DNA of 64,000 bases from Octopus sinensis (lineage: Eukaryota). The stretch lies in the NCBI RefSeq assembly GCF_006345805.1, contig NC_042997.1:116064001-116128000 (forward strand), read 5' to 3'. A model generated the notes under the pieces. The model worked only from the letters and a program-made list of their open reading frames with translations. It made no database searches and was not told the DNA's origin. The position numbers and the translations under genes are program-made. Positions 54,726 to 64,000 of the stretch are shown here, piece by piece (positions within the stretch are counted from its first letter, which is position 1; every line of letters starts with the position of its first letter).

Positions 54726-55144
54726 GTGCCACGTTATTTTCCATCGAACAAAGAAATTTCATCAACCACTCATTTCTCGCCAGCGCCATCTATTAGAGAA
54801 GGAGTTACAAAGTTGCACTTTTATAATATTGATTAAAATTCTCTCATAATAATAATAATAATAAATAAGCTAATGAATCGTATGTGACGAGCATCCAAAA
54901 TTATTACACTTGGCTGGGCACGCGGTAAAGGCCAACTAACCTTGACAACATCTTAGATTCACATTGAATTTTCTACAGCAACAACAACAACATAGCACAG
55001 TAAATACTAAACAGGATTTTTTGTTTGTTCATGGTTGGGTGAAACAAATGCTAAATACTAATTGGCTGTGAAAAAGGTGCGACTATGACGTCATTAATTA
55101 CTACATATTATGACTCTTGATTAATAAAACAAAACAGCATGGCT

Positions 55145-55450
55145 TTCCGTCGGTTACGACTATGAGTGTTCCAGCTGATCCGATCAGCGGAACAGCCTGC
55201 TCGTGAAATTAACGTGTAAGAGGCTGAGCACTCCGCAGACACGCGTTCCTTTTACCTAGTTCTCAGAGAGATTCAGCGTAACATAGAGTGTGGCAAGACT
55301 GGCCCCTTTGAGATAGAAGTGCAACTCATTTTTGCCAGCTGAGTGAAATAAAGTGTCTTGCTCAAGGACAGAGTGAGCGGCCGGAAATCGAACACACGAC
55401 CTAATTATCTTGAGCCCAATACTATAACCACTAAGCCTTGCACCTCCACA
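55145..55450 (-). mobile_element. Type C SINE
   Basis: Reverse of the 26270-type subfamily. Confidence 0.8.
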
Positions 55451-55849
55451 ATGAAAAAAGACCAGTATATAATGGCGAACATAAATTTGTTTCGACGTAA
55501 TGGATCGTTGAAATCAAGACATGCTTAAGACCATAAATTACACTTATGGTCTTAAGGTTTAAATTGTTCTCATCTTCATATGGGTATTTAGAAAACGTTG
55601 ACGTGGGTCGCTTTCAAATGTGAAACCGAGTGAAGGGTTATCTCGCCTTGGTTTATAGTACATGGAAGAATCGTTATAAAGATGTTGGCGATAAGTGAGT
55701 ATAAATAGTTTAAAAGTGGGATGAATTGGTTTATCTCAGTGTTTTCCAAGGTGGGGTGGGGTAATATTTTGTAGGGGTGTGGATTACTTCTGAAGATGTG
55801 AATAAAATTTACATAAGTTTTTAAAATTTATTGGAACCTCAGAGTGGTG

Positions 55850-56330
55850 TCTCATCGCCATCCATTTATGCAACCCAAGACGGATCCTGGACAGCAAGTT
55901 GACTGACCAAGTCACTCACAATGAGATCCTGTATCGCGCCAGGATATTTTACCGCCTTATCCTACGCCCACAACGATGTCTACGCTGGTTTGGCTACATA
56001 GTCTGTCTTATAGGAGAACACTGAAAGGCATTCTGTATGGCGAACTGGTTTCCGGCAAGGGAGACCATCTTTATTTTCAAAAACGTCTGCAAGAGGAACA
56101 TGAAATCTCTTTACACGAACTCTGATTGCGGATGTAGTAAGTGATTACCCTCATTGGCGACTGATATGGGTGGGTGTTAAAAGAAGAGAGGTGAGGCAGA
56201 AGCTTGATGCTAAAGAAAGCGCATTCGACGCGAAAACAACACCAGGGTAAGACTGGCACACGATGCCTTCAAATACAGTCGTTGCACCCAGAACTCTCGC
56301 TCACATATGAGCCCTTACACTTATAGCTGA
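55850..56330 (+). mobile_element. RTE-clade LINE 3' remnant
   Basis: Frameshifted HLCNPRRILD..DQVTHNEILYRA, LRWFGYI, LKGILYGELVSGK, GRP...KRNMKSL motifs typical of the RTE ORF end. Confidence 0.85.
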
Positions 56331-56439
56331 TGCTTGTTTGTTTGTTGAGCGAAGCGGTCTTCGTACCAGTGGGAGAAGTCCGGAACGTTGTCCTTTGCTA
56401 TTCGTAAGACCCACAGAAGAGAGAGCAGGTCAACCCCCG

Positions 56440-56690
56440 ACACCGAGAGCATCGACGGATGGATGAATGCGCATCCAGGCTCTGCGGTTGCGTGGGAACT
56501 CGGGGACAAGAAAGAGGAAAAAAGAGTGAGAGAAAGTTGGAGCGAAAGAGTACAACAGGGGTCGCCCCCCCCATCCCTGCCGGAAACTCATGGAGCTTTA
56601 GGTGTTTTCGCTCAATAAACACACACAATGCCCGGTCTGGGAATCGAAACCGCGAGTCCGCTGCCCTAACCACTGGGCGATTGCGCCTCC
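56440..56690 (-). mobile_element. Type C SINE
   Basis: Reverse head ggaggcgcaatcgcccagtggttagggcagcggactc; matches 24225 and 60733. Confidence 0.8.
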
Positions 56691-57540
56691 ACTTACAGCT
56701 GATGCTGTTTTGTTTCCAAATACACACACAAGGCACTGGATAATTTGAAGCTATGGTTCAACGTAGTAACATCAAACTGAAAACTATGGGCTTACAAAAT
56801 TATCTCTGTAACCACACAGCTATGTATGTGATCTCAAATATGTTTCCCACGCAATTATTTATACAGCCTAAAAATAATAAAAAAAAACCCTCTTCAGCCT
56901 CACTATTATATTATATTGTATTAGTGTCGTCAAATATCATAGACCGTATCTCATTTTTACTATCACACATATAAAGGCATAAATATCTAAACGCATATTT
57001 AATTACGAAAACAAAATTCTTCACTTTGGACTAATAACTTTTAACGAGTCTCAACACCTGTGTAACATTCACATATTTTACCTCTAACCAATATTTGACT
57101 AATTACATTTTGTTTCTTTGCAAAATTTAAATACGGCAGGGAATTTAAAAATTACATTTAATTCGAAAATTCTCGACGGGAGGTTAAATGATTAAGTTTT
57201 TCTTTTTAGAAATATTTGATATTTATTTTTAAAAATGCTCGAGTTGTAATGGACAATAAATAATAAATAAATAAAAGTGCTCGTAAATTACATTGAAAGT
57301 TTGACGCTAAAGATATTAATAGACACACACATACATATGGAAACCTATAAACACACATATATTTAGATATATACCTGCATACACACAAATACATATATCG
57401 TGATACTAAGCTTGTATTTTCATAATAATGAACGCTGGTGTGTAGAGAAAATAACTTTTATTGATTCAGAAATATATTAAAATTTCTAGACAGAAATACA
57501 TGAACTAGTTTTGAATCTAAAATCACATTTGGACTCTTAC

Positions 57541-57573
57541 CAGGCTGTTTGATCTGTCCATGTCCGTTGTGGA
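57541..57573 (-). CDS. Candidate 33-nt symmetric microexon
   Basis: Strong acceptor tttatttatttcaatattccag| and donor CTG|GTAAGA; open in all three frames (STTDMDRSNSL / HNGHGQIKQP / PQRTWTDQTA). Confidence 0.35.
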
Positions 57574-57839
57574 CTGGAATATTGAAATAAATAAATAAAA
57601 AATAAAAAAGTTTCAGCAATGAGGCAACTGTTCTTCGGTAGCCAGCAATTTAGGTTATTTTCAGTTGCCCCAGTAACCGTTAGAATTCGTTCACGAAATT
57701 AACACCGTATGAATTATTACGTCGATGATCAAACCTGACGATCGTTGAAGTAACTGATTATCACTTCAATTATCCGGGGAGAGCAGAATATTTGCCTTAT
57801 GATATGAAACTTAGTCTTTCTTTCTTTTATACTGATAGC

Positions 57840-57870
<31 letters not shown>

Positions 57871-57892
57871 TTATTTCGGATTAACAGCATAT

Positions 57893-58212
57893 TATGTGGC
57901 TGTGTGGTAAGAAGCTTGCTTACCAACCACATGGTTCCGGGTTCAGTTCCACTGCGTTTCACTCTGGGCAACTGTCTTCTACTATAGCCTCGGGCCAACC
58001 AAAGCCTTGTGGGTGGATTTTGTAGCCGGAAACTGAAAGAAGCACTTGACAACCGATGTTGGTGTGTTTATGTCCCCGTAACTTAGCGGTTCGGCAAAAG
58101 TGACTGATAGTATAAGGACTATGCTTACAAAGAACAAGTCCTGGGGTCGATTTGTTCGACTAAAGGCAGTGATCCAGCATGGCCGCAGTCAAATTACTGA
58201 AACAAGTAAATG
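57893..58212 (+). mobile_element. Type B SINE lacking the internal microsatellite
   Basis: gaaagaagca joined directly to cttgacaaccgatg; head and tail intact. Confidence 0.88.
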
Positions 58213-58557
58213 AATTAATGAATGATATTCCGGACTAACATCATAACAACGCGAGATATTTCAGAGCTGAAAGAACGTGACTTGGCGAGGGGGGGGTTGA
58301 TGTAAGTAACGGTAATTCGTTTCACGTATACCACCAAGATGGCGACAGTGTGCAGACGAATGGCCGGATGGATTTGGAAAACTTTCTAGTATATGGAGGA
58401 CGTTTTCCTTCAACTGTCTTGACTACTGTTCTCGACTATGGTCAAATTAATAGCGTGGCACCTTGGGCAAGTGTCTTCTACTATAGCCTCAGGCTGAGCA
58501 AAGACTTGTAAGTGGATTTGGTAGACAGAAACTGAAAGAAGCCCGTCAAATACATAT

Positions 58558-59279
58558 ATAGGTTTAACAAGCTCATTGAAAAAATGGGCAGAAAAGATTA
58601 AAACAAATATATTATACATCTCAGGGTAATTTCCAGGAGGAATTATCAAAAAAAGTTCAGTACAGAATATTATGAATTCAAAAAAACTTACATTAAGATT
58701 TACATTAATGTAGTGGCGAGGTTGTTTACTGACCTGTCCGTTTTAGCAGAAATGTGGAATTGAAAAAGATGTACCCGTTTTTTTCTTTTTTTGGTTCTCC
58801 TTCAAGCATCAATGATTTTGGGGTTAGGATGAGGTGAATATGTGTGTCTCTGCGTGTATGTGTGCGTGCATACATATACATGTGGTGTGAATAGATGTGT
58901 CTCTGTGTCAGTAGTATTTGGCCAAATACCACACACACAGAGACACATCTATTCACACCACATGTATATGTATGCACGCACACATACACGCAGAGACACA
59001 CATATTCACCTCATCCTAACCCCAAAATCATTGATGCTTGAAGGAGAGCCAAAAAAAGAAAAAAACGGGTACATCTTTTTCAATTCCACATTTCTGCTAA
59101 AACGGACAGGTCAGTAAACAACCTCGCCACTACATTAATGTAAATCTTAATGTAAATTTTTTCATAATATTCTGTACTGAACTTTTTTTGATAATTCCTC
59201 CTGGACATTACCCTGAGATGTATAATATATTTGTTTTAATCTTTTCTGCCCATTTTTTCAGTGAGCTTGTTAAACCTAT
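58558..59279. repeat. Spacer-less ~720-bp palindrome
   Basis: Arms are reverse complements centred on tttgg|ccaaa (58921/58922), with a handful of substitutions and one ~6-bp indel. Confidence 0.95.
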
Positions 59280-60732
59280 TTATATTCTCATCATACTGTT
59301 GTACTTTTTTATGTCCTTAACATGTCCCTGTTACCAAAGACTGTATATATACATGTAATGTAGCAATTTGCAACAACCAATAATTAACGCAACCAAACTT
59401 CCATATGTTACTTTTGACAATCTTTTTCCAAAGAGTGAAACCGGTTAAGTAAATAAACATCTTTTAAATTGCATTTTCAAACCTTCTTTCGTATATAATT
59501 CCACTCGTGCGATACCCCACAACTCAACTTTGTTATATATATATATATATATATGAGAAGGAGAGAGAGAGAGAAATATATTCACACGCAGGAAAGAATA
59601 TAGGAGAATTTGTTTTGGATGTTTGAAAATGCACCTGAATCTCAAAACGTGCAGCCGTTTTTAAATTATATATGTAAATTTGTATCTTCGTTGGCTGGCA
59701 GTTAACTTTATCTTATCTCTTGCGTCGGTTGGTTGGTTTTACAGAGTTATCTGGTGCATTAATTTGTAAACATTCCGAAAGAGAACAGTGTCTCGCTAGA
59801 CCAACGTCATGAAGCTAAAAGCAATTAATCGTAAAAATAAATAAGTATACCAATAAATAAATAAATAAATAATGTCACATTTAGTCACTCGGTGCTTCTC
59901 CTTCGCCGCCATTATCACCTTCACCTTTCGGGAAAATACAGAATATTATTAAACGCAATTAAAACGATGCTAGATGTCTTCTAAATACAAGACTTTTTGA
60001 GGACTGAGAATAAAATAAAAGAAGTCGTTGAAGTTAGGTAACTGATGGAAATGTCAGGTTAAGCTGTTTCCGAGCAATAACAAACCGATTAACGCAAATC
60101 ATGTCAGATAAAGCATTTTGTTTTCTTTTTTCAAAGACCAATATTTAAAAAAAATTATCTTATTTTTTCTTCGGTTATCTTCTCTGGGGTCTTTAAGACT
60201 GAAAATATATTATGGATTTAGAGTAATATGGTTGCGATAAACATTATTTACTCGTTAAGAAGAAGAAGAAAAAAAAAAAACAACCAAGAAAGCTCTGATT
60301 TATCGGGAGGAAGAATTTATTTGCGACATTTCAGCTTTGCCAAAATGCATTGGCGACATAAATGGATCAGAATGGTTTTATTTTCTGGAGAGCCGAGACT
60401 GGAAGCAGGTTGAGCTCCATTCATATGAAAGTATTAGCAAAAAGCTTACGAAAAAAAGAAAAGCTTTTATAAACGATTTTATATAAACAACAACAACAGT
60501 AGAAGCAAGCGTTGGTTTACAATCACCAAAATCGTTGCTATAGGTGGCCACTTGGTGGTGGTGGGGGGACCTTTTCTATACTCTAGCATATAAGGTAAGT
60601 ATCACCCGGTTATTACAGCAGAATAGAGCGTGAATGAAGTGAGAGGGTAAAATTGCATGAGAGAGGAGTGTAATGGGGTGTTTTCGCATTCACTCACACT
60701 TCCTCATAAATGTGCACATATATTCACAAGTG

Positions 60733-61022
60733 CGGAGGCACATGGCCTATTGGTTAGAGCAGCAGACTTGCGGTCGAGGGATCGCGGGTTCGAATCACAG
60801 ACTGGGCGATGTGTGTGTTTATGAGCGAAACACCTAAGCTCCACGCGGCTCCCGCAGAAGATAATGGCGAACTTCTGCTGACAACTTTCTCTCACTCTTT
60901 CCTCCTGCGTCTTGCAGCTCACCTGCGACGGACCGGCGTCCCGTCCAGGTGGGGAACCTATACGCCAAAGAAACCAGGAAATTGGCCCTTATGAGCCAGG
61001 TGTGGCTCAAGAAGGAACAAAC
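60733..61022 (+). mobile_element. Type C SINE, full length
   Basis: A-box tggcctattgg, B-box ggttcgaatc, tail cccttatgagccaggtgtggctcaagaaggaac. Confidence 0.85.
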
Positions 61023-61072
61023 AATATTCACAAGTGGTAAGAACCATGGAAGAAGGAAGAAAGTCGTTAGAG

Positions 61073-61351
61073 CAGTGGTTCCCAACGATTTTTTTTTTAC
61101 TTACGGACCCCTTTGATTTCCAGTTTCCCCGGGTGGACCCCATAGCCATTTTCAAAAATCTCATATCCTATTATATTTTTATAATTAAATACTATAAATA
61201 CTATAATCGAGAAGCACCTCATTAATGTATAAAAAAATTGTTAAAATATTCGGTGTATTATAGAAATATAATCACTTTATTGCACATAAATTTTAACAAA
61301 ATCTTGTATGGACCCCACAAAGGTCATATAGATCCCGGTAAAGAACCACTG
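61073..61351. mobile_element. hAT-family MITE
   Basis: TIRs CAGTGGTTCCCAAC / GGTAAAGAACCACTG; 8-bp TSD cgttagag / cggtagag. Confidence 0.85.
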
Positions 61352-61814
61352 CGGTAGAGTGTCGGATAGATTGCTTTGCGGGTAATTATTTCGCCTGCCT
61401 ACACACTGAGTTTAATTTCCACTGTAGTCAGCTTTACCTTTCATTTCTTTGGGATTGGAAAATATAGACCGGCCCTGCACTGGAGCCGAAATTCTTATTC
61501 CCCCACTCTTCATTTTCGTGTTTGTTTTTCTTAGTTTTGAAAGAAATCGGTTGCAGTCAGTCGTGGAAAGGCATATTTCTGCTGTGTCTAAAAATGCCCA
61601 AAACACGCCGTGTCTCAGAACGACACCCCAAAACAAACCGTACAATGGCGGACAAAATATGTTGTAATTACATTTCCGTGTTCAAATTCCCCTGGGGTCG
61701 CTTTGCTTTTCTTGCTTTCGAGGTCGATAAAAAAGTATCAATCAAGTACTGGGGCTATTATAATCAAATGTCATTTTTCTACAGCAACAACAACAACAAA
61801 AATAATGCTTTCCC

Positions 61815-62202
61815 TAATAGGCACAAGGCTTGAAATTTTGGGGGAGGGGCCAGTCAACTAGATTGACCCTAGTATGCAACTGGTACATAATTTATCGACC
61901 TCGAAAGGATGAAAGGCAAAGTCGACCTCGGCGGAATTTGAACTCAGAACGTAAAGACAGACGAAATACCTATTTCTTGACTACCTACAATGAGCTAAAC
62001 ACAGAGGGGACAACAAGGACAGACAAACGGATTAAGTCGATTATATCGACCCCAGTGCGTAACTGGTACTTATTTTATCGACCCCGAAAGGATGAAAGGC
62101 AAAGTCGACCTCGGCGGAATTTGTACTCAGAACGTAACGGCAGACGAAATACGGCTACGCATTTCGCCCGGCGTGCTAACGTTTCTGCCAGCTCGCCGCC
62201 TT
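61815..62202 (-). mobile_element. Type A SINE, bipartite
   Basis: Complete reverse head, two COREs and tail. Confidence 0.9.
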
Positions 62203-63299
62203 AATAACTTTAATAATAATAACAAAAATTGTATGGCCTTGTGTATAGTCTAATGTCACTTCAAATACACTAAACCAACTGGAAACCGAGGAACAACATC
62301 CCCTATAACATCAAGTAAAGGGCCCGAAAAAGTTAGTCATATGGGAACAGATCAAAGAAATATAGCTTCTGTATAGCAGAAAAAAAAAAGACAAGATCTT
62401 TATTATGTATGTTCTATAGAAATGAAGCTGTATACCTTAATTTTTTATCCTTATATACGAAGACCAAGAAGAAATCTTGTGAAAGAGAGTTTACTTTAAC
62501 GAGATACCTCTTGAAATCACCTGAGGAGATGCATCTACACCGAGAGATACACCTAAACCAGTTGTGTAGTATCCCAACTACGGAAGATCGATGCTAAATT
62601 GGTCGGTGCAATTGTAGTGATCAATAAAGATGCTCATATCGTCCATCTCTCATTAACCACACACACACAGACACATGTGCGTATATATCTATATACACAC
62701 TCAAGCACACACACAGACACTATATATGTACACACACAAGTTGATCGAGAAGCACCGAACCTCATGCATGAATATTCTTAAAAGATGAGGATTTAATAGA
62801 TACGTGAGTTAAATGTAAACATCCATAAAAATCAATATTTTTTTTCCTAATAGCAATTCATAATAGTTATATTGACACCGAAGTATTAACGCAAATACAC
62901 ACACGCACGCCATGAAACGTGCAAAGAGAAGCATAAACAGATACAAGCGTCACGAACTGTCTCAATTGTTTTACGCTTTGCTCCTTTCTGAATGTAATTG
63001 GAAGCGGCCAGCTAAACCGTTATTGGTATTACTTTGAAATTTGACTTCTAATTATTTAATCTGTCTCTAATTAGCTCCTGAACTGACTACTGTAAATGTT
63101 ACAGTCATGATATTACCAGATTATCTTCTCACATAATAATTGAATCGACGCCAAACAGGATTAAATGACATATCTATGAAAGCTAATTCGGAAGAATCTG
63201 ATACAAAACTGCTTCATTAAAGGTAGCCATATTGTTTGTGTTAGTTTAATGTAGAGGAAGGAGTTGAGCTTATAGCCTTCGCAATGAAGATAATAATAA

Positions 63300-63665
63300 T
63301 TATAGGATTTTAAGCGACTTCCCCATGACGCCTGATCATATTACTGAAGCAAATAGACCGGATATGATCATAGAGAACAAAATAAACAAAGATCTTAGAC
63401 TTTGCAATTTCCTATGATAACAGAATCGATACAAAAGAAATTGAAAGAAGTGGGAAATATCAAGATCTAAGCCAGAGAAGTGAGGAGATTGTGGAAGCCC
63501 AAGAGAGCAATTATTCCTGCGGTAGTTTGGTGCCCTGAACATAAAATCCAAAATGCTACATAAGAGACTAAAAGAGACTGAAATTTACACTTGCTTTGTC
63601 GACCGACAGAAAAGTACCTTCATATATTCTGCAAGAAGCTTAAGAAAAATTCTTCAGATTTGAGA
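63300..63665 (+). mobile_element. R4/Dong-type non-LTR retrotransposon 3' remnant (restriction-like endonuclease)
   Basis: Frameshifted ILSDFPMTPDHITEANRPDMIIENK, DFAISYDNRIDTKEIE..KYQDL, REVRRLWK...IIPAVV, QKSTFIYSARSLRKIL*; next to a (TAA) run, the usual Dong-type target. Confidence 0.85.
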
Positions 63666-64000
63666 AGACGTCATTAGACCTCAAAATAAAATTCCTCTCA
63701 GTTAAATTAATGATATATTCCGAAACCCTCCGCGATAGGTAAAAATCCGCGAAGTAAAAACGGATGATTTGCAAACAACTTGCATATGCAAGTGCTATCA
63801 ATCAAAAGCTCCGCATATCGGATGCCAGCAAGTGTATGGGGCCATCAGGAGAGAATGCGCGCCGTTTTGGGGCCTACCTCTCGACGGTATCATTGCGCAC
63901 CGGCCCCGCTTGCTAGATCAACTGGTTATCAAATAGAGTTCAATATTCTTCCGGCCATCGCTTATCGTCTTTTTTTTTTTAACCAAATCCAGTATCTATA

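Noticed and set aside
58335-59915. YY1-like AAGATGGCG (plus) and ATAATGGCGGCG with a 38-aa ORF MAAKEKHR (minus)
   Set aside because: Short motifs expected by chance or from TEs; no supporting promoter or exon chain.

Overview
AT-rich, extremely repeat-dense eukaryotic DNA, most likely from an octopus (coleoid cephalopod). This is an inference from the tRNA-derived SINE families, including a CORE-type SINE resembling octopus OR2, and the very high microsatellite load. No complete protein-coding gene can be assembled, and most entries in the ORF track are translations of microsatellites. Supported features: many SINE copies of three broad types; remnants of Penelope, RTE, CR1-type and R4/Dong LINE-like retroelements; non-autonomous Helitrons; mariner, pogo/Tigger, piggyBac, hAT and Merlin-like DNA elements or MITEs; and a few isolated candidate exons on both strands. 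Two things stand out. (1) About a dozen intact or degenerate short-stem-III hammerhead ribozyme motifs, mostly inside two families of ~180-240 bp non-coding elements sitting in (TA)n tracts, one family carrying a fixed CUGUNGA core variant. (2) Three large, highly similar inverted duplications (about 1.0, 0.5 and 0.7 kb), two of them tied to hammerhead motifs. All alignments and folds were done by eye, and SINE/LINE boundaries are approximate.
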